Shown here one piece after another: positions 21,817 to 30,987 of a stretch of 64,000 nt of DNA. Below the pieces are notes generated by a model. The model was not told where the DNA came from and made no database searches. It worked only from the letters and a program-made list of their open reading frames with translations. How positions within the stretch are numbered: the first letter of the stretch is position 1; every line of letters starts with the position of its first letter. The position numbers were made by a program, and so were the translations under genes. Origin of the DNA: Candidatus Bathyarchaeota archaeon (GTDB lineage Archaea; Thermoproteota; Bathyarchaeia; Bathyarchaeales; Bathycorpusculaceae); the NCBI GenBank assembly GCA_963782525.1, contig CAWAKC010000010.1, positions 160,001-224,000 on the forward strand, in the 5' to 3' direction.

Positions 21817-22098
21817 TTATCCGAATTTCGCTAGCACTTGCCTTCCGAAGTCAGATATTTCGATGGTGTTGAAATCGTAGGGGCCATGTCTTTTTTCCGG
21901 GTCAGGTATGTCGATGAGCTTGGATTTTGACAGGTGCCTCACTGCGTCGTTTAGGGCTTCAGGCATCAAACCTGTTTTTTTGTGTAAGAGGTCCACCGTC
22001 ACCAAGAGGCCTTTCTCAAATTGGGAAAGGGCTATAAGGACTATTTTGGCTGTCGGGTCAATCATGTCAAAATCGTCTTGTTCAAAATCTTCAACCAT
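21817..22098 (-). CDS. Small winged-helix-like hypothetical protein
   Basis: LHKKTGL...LNDAVRHLSKSKLI...ISDFGRQVL pattern. Confidence 0.55.
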   Translation of the reverse strand: MVEDFEQDDFDMIDPTAKIVLIALSQFEKGLLVTVDLLHKKTGLMPEALNDAVRHLSKSKLIDIPDPEKRHGPYDFNTIEISDFGRQVLAKFG

Positions 22099-22305
22099 TC
22101 AAAAACACCACTCGTAACTAGGACAGTCTCACATAAAAACCATTTGAAAAAGCCCAATCGGAAAATAGCCGACAAAAAATGGAAAAAGGTTGCAGCGCCG
22201 TGTCCGCGGTTTGCAGGGTTATGGCGGGTTCTTGTTGAGGGTAAACTTCTAAGCACAATCTTTTGAAACCTTAAATAAAAACACACAAAAAAAATCGCCG
22301 ACTCA

Positions 22306-22709
22306 ATGGCTAACCAAATAGGCTGTGAGGCAATAAGCCTAACAGCAGATAGCCCTCAACCAACTGTAGATTTGGATTTGTACGACTTGGTTTTGGTTGG
22401 AACAGGACTCTTTGCTGGAACCCCCAACGAAGACCTCGTGCGGTATCTGAGGAACCTAAATTTTAAAACCACCAATTGTTTGCTCTGTTCATAACTTGGG
22501 GAGGAACACCAAGAACAGATAAATTGGCCCTAACAAGGCTGAGGACGCTTCTGGAAGGTAAGAGGCAGAAAGTGCTTGAGGACCATTTTGCATGTTATGG
22601 CGGCTGGAAAGGTATTCTAATGAAGAGGGGTCACCCCAAACCTGAAGAAATCAAAGCCGCCGGCGAATGGTCAAAAAAACTCGTTGAGTGTTTGGAAAAA
22701 TCTATTTAA
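22306..22709 (+). pseudogene. Flavodoxin-like protein, 5'-truncated and frameshifted
   Basis: YDLVLVGTG, ALFITWGG and GHPKPEEIKAAGEW spread over two frames; the N-terminal strand and P-loop are missing. Confidence 0.7.
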
Positions 22710-22799
22710 AAAAATAAGAAACACGTACAAGATTAAAATTTAATTAAAAAAATAGCTACTTGGTCACTCAACGGGAAGTTAAGGTTAAGATATGTTGAC

Positions 22800-23267
22800 T
22801 TATTTGCTCAATCCAAGTTGTTGCATGAAGCCCACAACATCGTAGAATAATCGTTCTTCAACGATTTCGCCGTCTTTCCATGTGACAACTGTGCAGAATT
22901 CGAGTTTCGCAGTTTTTCCTGTTGGCGGAATCATTTTTCCGTCTGCGCCTTTCATGGGTCCTTTCATGGGTCCTTTCATGGTTACGGTCCAATCAGCAAC
23001 GGTGCAGGTGTGATCTCCCTCGCCGAAAATGATCTTGTAGGGGTTGTTGGCGAGTTTGTTGTCGAATGTTTTGAAAAATTCTGTGGCTTCGACGTCGTGG
23101 TTGAAGCGTCCAACGGTGGGGAGAGGTTGGGCTGGCCAGAATACTTTGACGTCTTCTCGGTGGCGTTTCTTAAAAGTCTCCCAAAGTGGGCTGTTAGGTC
23201 CGGCATTCCAAGCATCATCAAGAGTCTTCATAAATTCAAGATTTTCTTTAACACCCAAAAAATTCAC
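22800..23267 (-). CDS. SnoaL-like ester/polyketide cyclase family protein
   Basis: DGKMIPPTGK, WKDGEIVEERLFYD; a 12-bp unit is tandemly repeated (MKGP) at 22948-22981. Confidence 0.8.
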   Translation of the reverse strand: MNFLGVKENLEFMKTLDDAWNAGPNSPLWETFKKRHREDVKVFWPAQPLPTVGRFNHDVEATEFFKTFDNKLANNPYKIIFGEGDHTCTVADWTVTMKGPMKGPMKGADGKMIPPTGKTAKLEFCTVVTWKDGEIVEERLFYDVVGFMQQLGLSK

Positions 23268-23706
23268 CTATTCTCTATAATCCTAACCAAGCATAATAAC
23301 CTTGTTTTTTCGGATAAAACTTGAAAAAAACCTTGAGTGGCTGAGTAGAATTAAATTTATTCCGCATCTACCCAACTTCAATAAATTTCAGCGTTTTTCC
23401 AGTAGACTTATAACAAGATTCCAAGAATGGATGAAGCATGAGATGTAAGAACTGCGGACACCTTATCTGGATTGAAAAGGAAGATGCCAACAGAAACCCG
23501 GTTTATAAACACAAACAATCTAACCATAGCATGTACTGCCCCTGCAGGAAACCTGAACCAGCATAGTTTTATTTTCAACCGTTCATTTTTGTGCATTAAA
23601 ATTTAATTCAACCAACCACTCCCTTTACCAATTTAGGGTAATCGTATGGTCGGAATCGAGACTACGGCAATGACTCAGGATTCAGAAACCTTAAATCAAA
23701 TTCGCT

Positions 23707-24411
23707 TTGATACAAATGAAACCTATTGTGAAATATTCTACTCTAATTTTCGGATTCATCGCAACTTTGGGAATTGCATTACTCACATTTTTCCTAACGG
23801 CTGCATATTTGGCATGTACTTATTCATCTGAAATCTTAACGCTCGAAGCTCTAGTACCAAGTTCAATTTTAGGACATTTTTGGGTGCTCTTTTTAATCTT
23901 TGGAACAGGCTTTTTGATGGTTGGAATATTGGGCATTGGAAGGCAACGCATAAAGAATAAGAGGACACTTTTTACGGTACTTACGGTTGCATTGACTCCA
24001 ATTCTAGTTTTTGCCTTGTTTTTTTCAGTGGTTCTTGCCACTACCTATCCCGTATTAAGCGATCCCCCAGAAAGGATGGCTATAATCAACGTTTCATTAA
24101 TTTCTACTAATCCTCTCGTTATCTCGCTCGACGCAAAATCATTCTACATGGCTGACATATGGTTTGACTATGCATGCGTCAAAGACTGCAATCAAACCAC
24201 GGTAGGGTCAATTATAGGTGAAATGGTTGAGGCTCAAAAGCCAAATAGCACACCATATTGGACATTTCAATTTGCAGCTCGATTACCCGCTGCATCAGAA
24301 AAGATACTGACTCTAAATTTCAACACTACGCTGCCTTCAGGAGAGTACAGTGTATGGCTTCACAGTTATAGACAAAGTACATTCACTACTCTTTATTTCA
24401 GCATACCATAA
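23707..24411 (+). CDS. Membrane protein with three TM helices and an Ig-like C-terminus
   Basis: Three hydrophobic segments, then a beta-rich domain ending LPSGEYSVWL. Confidence 0.65.
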   Translation: MIQMKPIVKYSTLIFGFIATLGIALLTFFLTAAYLACTYSSEILTLEALVPSSILGHFWVLFLIFGTGFLMVGILGIGRQRIKNKRTLFTVLTVALTPILVFALFFSVVLATTYPVLSDPPERMAIINVSLISTNPLVISLDAKSFYMADIWFDYACVKDCNQTTVGSIIGEMVEAQKPNSTPYWTFQFAARLPAASEKILTLNFNTTLPSGEYSVWLHSYRQSTFTTLYFSIP

Positions 24412-24549
24412 CTCCAAACTCATTAAGAGATAATGATGATGGTGATGATGCAAACCAATTTTGTATAACAGTGTCATCTATCAGAATTAAACACAAATTA
24501 TACAATTTAGCCCTCTTGCTAAATTTAAAATTGGATAAAAACTTTGGGA

Positions 24550-27153
24550 TTATTTATTTTTGAATATGAGTTGACCGTTTTTTTCATCCACGATAATCGT
24601 TGTGTCTTTGTTGACTTTTTCAGATAACATCATCTTTGAAAGTTCGTTTAGGATGTCTTTTTGGATAACACGTTTTATTGGTCTGGCGCCGAATTGAGGA
24701 TCAAATCCAACATTGGCAATGTAGTCTATGGCTTTTTTGGTGGCTGAAAGTTTTATGTTGTTTTTTTCAAGCATTTGCTCAACTTGTCGTAGCTGCAACT
24801 CCACTATTTTCCGAATTTCCTCTTGGGTGAGGGGTTGAAACATAATTATTTCGTCGATTCGGTTGAGGAATTCTGGTTTGATGCTTTTCTTGAGTAACTC
24901 AAAAACTTGCTCTTTGGTTTGATTTAGGATGTGCTCTCGGTTTTCAGATGTAATTTTTTCCAGGTTTTCTTGGATGAGGTGGGAGCCTATGTTTGACGTC
25001 ATAATGATGATGGTGTTTTTGAAATCGACTGTTCGACCTTTATTATCAGTCAATCGACCATCATCGAGAACCTGCAGTAAAATATTGAAAACATCCGGAT
25101 GGGCCTTCTCGATTTCATCAAGCAAAACAACAGCGTAAGGCTTTCTTCGCACCGCTTCAGTTAACTGTCCGCTTTCTTCATAGCCAACATAACCCGGCGG
25201 GGCACCCACAAGCCGAGAAACGGTATGCCGCTCCTGATACTCCGACATATCAATCCGAACCATATTGTTCTCGTTGTTGAATAGAAACTCTGCTAAAGCC
25301 TTGGCTAATTCAGTTTTTCCAACCCCAGTGGTACCTAAGAAAATAAAAGACCCAATTGGGCGCTTAGGATCTTGCAGGCCAGCGCGACTCCGCCGCAACG
25401 CATCAGAAACCGCTTGGATTGCTTCATCCTGCCCAACAACCCTCATGTGAAGCTCAGTTTCTATGTTTAGCAGCTTTTGCTTCTCAGTCTGTAGCATACG
25501 ACTAACAGGAATTCCCGTCCAGCAAGAAACAACCTCAGCAATTTCCTCCCCACCTACCTCTTCATTTACCAGCGCTGAATCCTTCTGTAACTCTGTTAAT
25601 TTTTTCTTCAAATCCTCAATCGCTTTAGTCGCATTGGGAATTCTGCCATACCGAATCTCGGCAACCCTTCCAAGATCGCCCCGACGGTTAGCATTTTCCT
25701 CTTCAAATTTTAACTGTTCAATCTCATTTTTCTTTGCTTGAATCTGATCAACAATTTCTTTCTCAGCATGCCACTTTGCCCGTAAACTATTGCGTTGCTC
25801 AGTTAAATTTGAGATTTCCTGATTTAGCGACTTGAGCTTAACTTCATTTTTTTCTTGTTTGATGGCTTCACGTTCAATTTCCAACTGCCGAATCTTCCGA
25901 TCAACATCCTCAAGTTCCTGAGGCTCAGAATTGATTTCAAGCTCCAACTTAGAAGCCGCTTCATCAATCAAATCAATCGCTTTATCGGGCAGAAAACGCT
26001 CAGTAATATACCGAGAAGATAACTCAGCAGCTGCAATTATTGCATCATCTCTAATTCGAACGTGATGATACACTTCGTAACGCTCTTTTAAACCTCGAAG
26101 GATAGAGATGGTGTCCAAAACATTAGGTTCATTAACCATAACAGGCTGAAAACGTCTCTCTAAAGCCTTGTCTTTCTCAAAATACTTCTGATATTCCTTC
26201 AAAGTCGTTGCACCAATAGCACGCAACTCGCCTCGCGCCAACGCAGGCTTAAGAATATTAGCCGCATCCATAGCGCCCTCGCCGCCGCCTGCCCCAACAA
26301 GCGTATGAATCTCATCGATGAAAAGCAAGATATCACCCTCTGCTCCCACGACTTCCTTAATTACACTCTTCAAACGCTCCTCAAATTCTCCCTTGTACTT
26401 GGCACCAGCAATCAAAGCACCCATATCAAGAGAAAAAACCTGCTTTGACTTCAAATTCTCAGGAACATCACCATTAATTATGCGCTGAGCAAGGCCCTCA
26501 ACGATAGCTGTTTTACCCACACCCGGCTCGCCGATCAATATAGGATTGTTCTTTGTCCGTCTAGACAGAATCTGAAGAACCCGCCGAATTTCACTGTCAC
26601 GGCCTATAACTGGATCTAATTTTCCAGCCTGAGCCATACTGTTTAAGTTGATGGCGTACTTGTTGAGGGCATTGTAAGTTTCTTCTGCAGTCGCCGAATT
26701 AACAGAAGACCCCTTACGCAACTGACTAATCGCAGACTTGAGATCTTTTTCATTAACACCACTACTTTTGAGCAAACGCGAAGCAGAATCATTCAACGAC
26801 AATATAGCCAACAACAATTGCTCTATCGAAACAAACTCATCCTTAGCAGCCGAAGCCAACTCTTGAGCCTTATGAACTGCCTTATTGGAATTTGATGAAA
26901 GATACTGTTCTCCCCCGCTAACTTTAGGTAAAGAATCAATTTCCTTATCAAGCAACCCTGAGAAAGAGTCAGAGTTGACACCAAGTTTTCTAAGCAAGAA
27001 AGGAACCACATTCTCATCAACAAGCAAGATCCCCTTTAGCAAATGAAGCGGCTCAACAGCCTGATTGCGACCTACAGAAGCAATTTCTACAGCCTTCTGA
27101 ATAGCTTCCTGCGATTTAACCGTAAAATTATTCAAACTCATGCTAACCACCAA
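24550..27153 (-). CDS. clpB: ATP-dependent chaperone ClpB
   Basis: Clp N domain, LDPVIGRD, GEPGVGKT, coiled-coil middle domain, GTTGVGKT, GAPPGYVGYEE, FGARPIKR. Confidence 0.95.
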   Translation of the reverse strand: MVVSMSLNNFTVKSQEAIQKAVEIASVGRNQAVEPLHLLKGILLVDENVVPFLLRKLGVNSDSFSGLLDKEIDSLPKVSGGEQYLSSNSNKAVHKAQELASAAKDEFVSIEQLLLAILSLNDSASRLLKSSGVNEKDLKSAISQLRKGSSVNSATAEETYNALNKYAINLNSMAQAGKLDPVIGRDSEIRRVLQILSRRTKNNPILIGEPGVGKTAIVEGLAQRIINGDVPENLKSKQVFSLDMGALIAGAKYKGEFEERLKSVIKEVVGAEGDILLFIDEIHTLVGAGGGEGAMDAANILKPALARGELRAIGATTLKEYQKYFEKDKALERRFQPVMVNEPNVLDTISILRGLKERYEVYHHVRIRDDAIIAAAELSSRYITERFLPDKAIDLIDEAASKLELEINSEPQELEDVDRKIRQLEIEREAIKQEKNEVKLKSLNQEISNLTEQRNSLRAKWHAEKEIVDQIQAKKNEIEQLKFEEENANRRGDLGRVAEIRYGRIPNATKAIEDLKKKLTELQKDSALVNEEVGGEEIAEVVSCWTGIPVSRMLQTEKQKLLNIETELHMRVVGQDEAIQAVSDALRRSRAGLQDPKRPIGSFIFLGTTGVGKTELAKALAEFLFNNENNMVRIDMSEYQERHTVSRLVGAPPGYVGYEESGQLTEAVRRKPYAVVLLDEIEKAHPDVFNILLQVLDDGRLTDNKGRTVDFKNTIIIMTSNIGSHLIQENLEKITSENREHILNQTKEQVFELLKKSIKPEFLNRIDEIIMFQPLTQEEIRKIVELQLRQVEQMLEKNNIKLSATKKAIDYIANVGFDPQFGARPIKRVIQKDILNELSKMMLSEKVNKDTTIIVDEKNGQLIFKNK

Positions 27154-27438
27154 AATTATTGGTAAGTCGACTAAACTCTACAAAACCAGAAATGATTTCC
27201 CCCAATTAAAGTTTTAGGCAAAAACCACAAAAAAACTGGATACTAAAAAGCCATCCAGCATCACAATCCTGATGCTTTCTTTTAACTTCAAGATGGTTGA
27301 TAGTTCGCTTCTTCCACCAATTAACTAACGTTCGCGTTAAAAAATTAGCCAAGTTAAAAGAAGAAAAAACTGGTCTATATATAAGACGTTTTTTTCCTTA
27401 AAAGAATCCTTATATGCCATTTTCTGTAGTAGGCTTGC

Positions 27439-27906
27439 ATGGCAGAACCAAAAGATGGTCGACCTATTTTCTTCCCTAAAAAATTAGTTTTGCTCGGCAA
27501 TCTCGCCCTTTTTGTGTGGATTGTTCTTGACGCAGTCGCCTTTCTACTATTTGATTTAACGGTTGGCATTGTGTTTCTTTTGGCGACGCTGATCTTAATT
27601 TATGGTTTACTGCACATTCTCGGTTGTCTGCGACCATGCTACAACTGCATAAAATGCACTCACGGCATGGGACGCCTGGCTGCATTGTACTTTGGCAAAC
27701 GCATCTTCAAAGACTACAAATACAGCTACAAACTGCCCACAGCAATATTCTTCACTCTATATATTGGGGCGTTTCCAGCAGCATTCGCACTCTACTCAGC
27801 AGTCATAGATTTCACAGTCGTCAAAGTAGCGATTTTTGTGGTTCTTTTGGTGTTTACAATCTATAGCGCCTTAACCTGGCAAACCAAAAAACGCTCGAGC
27901 CCATAG
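27439..27906 (+). CDS. Four-TM membrane protein with Cys cluster
   Basis: Hydrophobic helices flanking CLRPCYNCIKC. Confidence 0.7.
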   Translation: MAEPKDGRPIFFPKKLVLLGNLALFVWIVLDAVAFLLFDLTVGIVFLLATLILIYGLLHILGCLRPCYNCIKCTHGMGRLAALYFGKRIFKDYKYSYKLPTAIFFTLYIGAFPAAFALYSAVIDFTVVKVAIFVVLLVFTIYSALTWQTKKRSSP

Positions 27907-27958
27907 AGACAAAATTTTCACTGAAGCTGCAAATCCATAACTTGAAAACATGACGTTT

Positions 27959-28414
27959 CTATGCTAATTTTGCTCCGCAATTAATGCATTTGGAAGCGTC
28001 GGGTTGATTTTTGGTTCCGCAGTATGAGCAGATTATCATAGCTGGAGTTGTTTCTTTAATTAACGCTTGGGTTTGAGCTTTGTAGATGTTGTCTCTTATT
28101 GTTCTGTAGGCTTTTTCTGCGTCATCTTTAGGTACATCGATTAGTATTAGCTGTGGTGCTGCGGATTTGAAGGTGCATCTGATTGTTGAACGCAGTATTC
28201 CCTTGTCTATGATTACATTTTCAAAATCTAAGTAGTTGTAGTCAGTGAAGTCTTTTTTTAATCCGAGTGCGTGAGGATGGCGCAAGATTACTCTCTGGTT
28301 GGTTATAACGACCGAGTCAATGTCAATCGCGAGATGGTAAAACTTTTGTTTAATGTAGAGTTCAATGGTCTCGTTAGGATCAAGTATATCTTTCATATCA
28401 TCAGGAGTCGCCAT
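27959..28414 (-). CDS. Bacterial-PH-domain protein with C-terminal Zn ribbon
   Basis: VVITNQRVIL PH motif; CSYCG...CINCG. Confidence 0.8.
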   Translation of the reverse strand: MATPDDMKDILDPNETIELYIKQKFYHLAIDIDSVVITNQRVILRHPHALGLKKDFTDYNYLDFENVIIDKGILRSTIRCTFKSAAPQLILIDVPKDDAEKAYRTIRDNIYKAQTQALIKETTPAMIICSYCGTKNQPDASKCINCGAKLA

Positions 28415-28633
28415 AAATCATCAACCAATTTTAAAAAATCTTGACAATTATTTATTTCATGAATAAATACGGGAATATAAACGATTTTATTAACTGGCTT
28501 AGATTAAGTTTTCAAAAAACAAAATAAAGTACCTTCCTGATTTTCTTGGCAGCTATCAAGGAACCACCAACAGAATTTAGGAAAGACTTTAATAATTTAC
28601 CAGTTTAAGACATTCAAGGTCGTTTCTTTTTCG

Positions 28634-30058
28634 ATGCGCAAATTGAATACAAAACAACCCAATGAACCAAATCCACTTGCATCTAAAAACCAGACAACTG
28701 AGCAATTAAACCACCAAGAACTAGCCCAATCAATACTTTCACCGTTTATCCACCTATTCAACATTAATGAAACGACGAAGTGCCTTTTCAACTCTTTAAC
28801 TCTAAAAAAAGTATACTTAACCAATGATATGTACGCTAAGCTTTTAACAGATCTAAGTTTGGGAAACCGCAGTAAAGACGTTGAAAGTTTAATCGATCTG
28901 AAATTTATAGTGCCTCGAGGTTTTGATGAGATAAAAGTGTTTGACAGCATTGCAAACAGCGTGCTCAGAAAAAAACCTTCAACCAACCTTGCATACATTT
29001 TGGTAACGGACTTTTGCAACTTCAGATGCGGTTACTGCTTCATTGAAAACTCTCTAAAAGGGCCAAGCATTTCAATGTCTAAGGATTTGGCAGATAAAGT
29101 CATAAACGTTCTGATCAACGAAGCAAAACAAGTCCCAGAATACAGAGTCACATTTTATGGAGGAGAACCATTCAGCAACAGCGAAATCGTCTTCCACATC
29201 ATCGAAAAACTTGAGCAGGCAGCTAAAGACAAATTCAAATTTTCCTGCGTCACCAACGGAAGTCTAGTAACCGAAGATTTAGCTAAAAAACTCAAACAAC
29301 ACAACGTTACAGTAGGATTATCGCTTGACGGATGGGCCAACATCGACAAAAACCGTGTGTTTACCAATGGAAAAGAAACCTTTTACTCAGCACTTAAAGC
29401 GTTAACGCTCTTAAAAGAAGCCGAAGTAAATGTGGGAATATCATGCACAATCACAAAACAGAACTACCAATACGCAGAAGAAGTAGTTGAATTTATCCAA
29501 AAATTAGGAATCAGAACCATAGGGTTCAATTTGTTAACTAGACTCAAAGAGCCAAGCGAATATGAAGTTCCAGACCCAAAACAACTCGCCCACCACCTCT
29601 TTAACGCATACTTAAAAGCAAACGACTTGCACATGTTTGAAGATCGCATAGGGAATCGGCGAGCAAATTATTTTTTCAAAGAAATATTTCATTTGTACGA
29701 TTGCCCCGCGTTTGGTCAACTAATATTTTTTTCACCAGCTGGAACAGTTGGACCTTGCCACGCGTTCTATCCGTCAGGAAAATATCAAATTCCAATTAAA
29801 GATAATTTGAAAGTCCCAGAAGAACCATTGTTTTACAAATGGTTGGAACTTGGCACCCTAAAGAATAAAGACTGCATGAGGTGTCCTGCCATCGGAATTT
29901 GCGGAGGAGGATGCGCATACGATATATACGTTAAAACAGGTCAACTTGGCATCAAAGAAGACTATTTTTGCACCTTTCAAAATGAAATACTCAAGCTCCT
30001 TCTATCCTACAATTTCCTGATGACCCCTCAAAATAAGCGCAGAAAAACGAAAAGTTGA
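28634..30058 (+). CDS. Radical SAM/SPASM-domain peptide maturase with probable N-terminal RRE
   Basis: CNFRCGYC, FYGGEP, VTNG, SLDG; seven-Cys SPASM region DCPAF...GPCH...CMRCPAIGICGGGC...FC; N-terminal beta/helix extension. Confidence 0.9.
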   Translation: MRKLNTKQPNEPNPLASKNQTTEQLNHQELAQSILSPFIHLFNINETTKCLFNSLTLKKVYLTNDMYAKLLTDLSLGNRSKDVESLIDLKFIVPRGFDEIKVFDSIANSVLRKKPSTNLAYILVTDFCNFRCGYCFIENSLKGPSISMSKDLADKVINVLINEAKQVPEYRVTFYGGEPFSNSEIVFHIIEKLEQAAKDKFKFSCVTNGSLVTEDLAKKLKQHNVTVGLSLDGWANIDKNRVFTNGKETFYSALKALTLLKEAEVNVGISCTITKQNYQYAEEVVEFIQKLGIRTIGFNLLTRLKEPSEYEVPDPKQLAHHLFNAYLKANDLHMFEDRIGNRRANYFFKEIFHLYDCPAFGQLIFFSPAGTVGPCHAFYPSGKYQIPIKDNLKVPEEPLFYKWLELGTLKNKDCMRCPAIGICGGGCAYDIYVKTGQLGIKEDYFCTFQNEILKLLLSYNFLMTPQNKRRKTKS

Positions 30059-30206
30059 AAACTTTCATCTCCAAACAGCAAGAAACCCGCGACCAAGCTA
30101 AATCAAAAAAGCCCGGCAAACAATTGCCAATCTACCAATGTAATAAATGAAAAAGACATGCACACTTTTGACCTTAACTTTGCGCCAGATTAATTTTTAC
30201 AATAAA

Positions 30207-30214
30207 TATAAATA
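30207..30214 (+). promoter_or_regulatory. Putative TATA box for the precursor gene
   Basis: TATAAATA about 35-40 nt upstream of the TTG starts, with GTGAT SD-like motif at 30238. Confidence 0.45.
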
Positions 30215-30241
30215 TTGTTACTCACTACAACAATGTAGTGA

Positions 30242-30685
30242 TTGTTTTTGTCAAAAAATAAATCAAAAGCTAAAGCTCCCTCCAAAAAACCCACTTCTAC
30301 AATGCTTAATAAAAATCAAACCCGCGCGGCGCCAAAAAAAATGACCCCAGCCCAAACTAAACGGTTAAAAACAATTTTAGCAAAAATGCCACCTATCGAG
30401 AAAATAGATCCTGCAATGTATGCGAAGCTACAGTCAACGATTCATGATGTAGTAGTTAAAGCGTTGCCTGAATACCAGCAATGGGTGGGCGCAAACCTGG
30501 TAGCTGATGACTGTCCGACACCCTTGTGTAGCTCATGCGGCAACGATTGCCCAACTCCGTTATGTAGTTCATGTGGAAATGACTGTCCGACGCCAATTAA
30601 AGACATTGATGATCTTGTCAATTCGGCTGTCGAAAAGGCAATGACCGCGGCAATTCGTCAAGCTTTGGAAAAACAATTCAAATAA
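30242..30685 (+). CDS. Putative RiPP precursor with repeated Cys-rich core (DCPTPLCSSCGN x2.4)
   Basis: Lies between two radical SAM genes; Lys-rich N-terminus, helical leader, repeated core, helical follower. Start may be TTG 30248. Confidence 0.75.
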   Translation: MFLSKNKSKAKAPSKKPTSTMLNKNQTRAAPKKMTPAQTKRLKTILAKMPPIEKIDPAMYAKLQSTIHDVVVKALPEYQQWVGANLVADDCPTPLCSSCGNDCPTPLCSSCGNDCPTPIKDIDDLVNSAVEKAMTAAIRQALEKQFK

Positions 30686-30786
30686 AGATTATTTTCCAAC
30701 CAGAAACACAAACGCTCAATGAACAACAGTTAGCAAAATATTTCGCCTATTGCGCTATAACGCAATAGGTATTCTAAAAACCCCCT

Positions 30787-30827
30787 TCAGGCAAGACCAG
30801 GCAGGCTGGTCCTCTGCCTGAGTTTTT
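30787..30827 (+). terminator. Hairpin plus T-tract after the precursor gene
   Basis: TCAGGCA-A-GACCAG...CTGGTC-CTC-TGCCTGA then GTTTTT; a second hairpin GCCTATTGCG/CGCAATAGGT lies at 30745-30770. Confidence 0.55.
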
Positions 30828-30987
30828 AATCGTAAAAAACGCTTAATATTATTACAGAAAATTTGATAAATACACTAACTTCGGTTGCCTATCGTTCGAT
30901 CAATGTTTTGTAATAATAGAACAAGATTAAATCTATGTGTAGCATATTTGGAAGTTCTCCCACAAACAATCTTAGAAAGGTTACAAA

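Noticed and set aside
22948-22981. MKGP tandem repeat in the SnoaL-like gene
   Set aside because: Identical 12-bp DNA units indicate recent slippage, unlike the precursor repeat.
24929-25741. Antisense ORFs inside clpB (and similar shadow ORFs inside other long genes)
   Set aside because: They lie opposite well-supported genes and have no motifs of their own.
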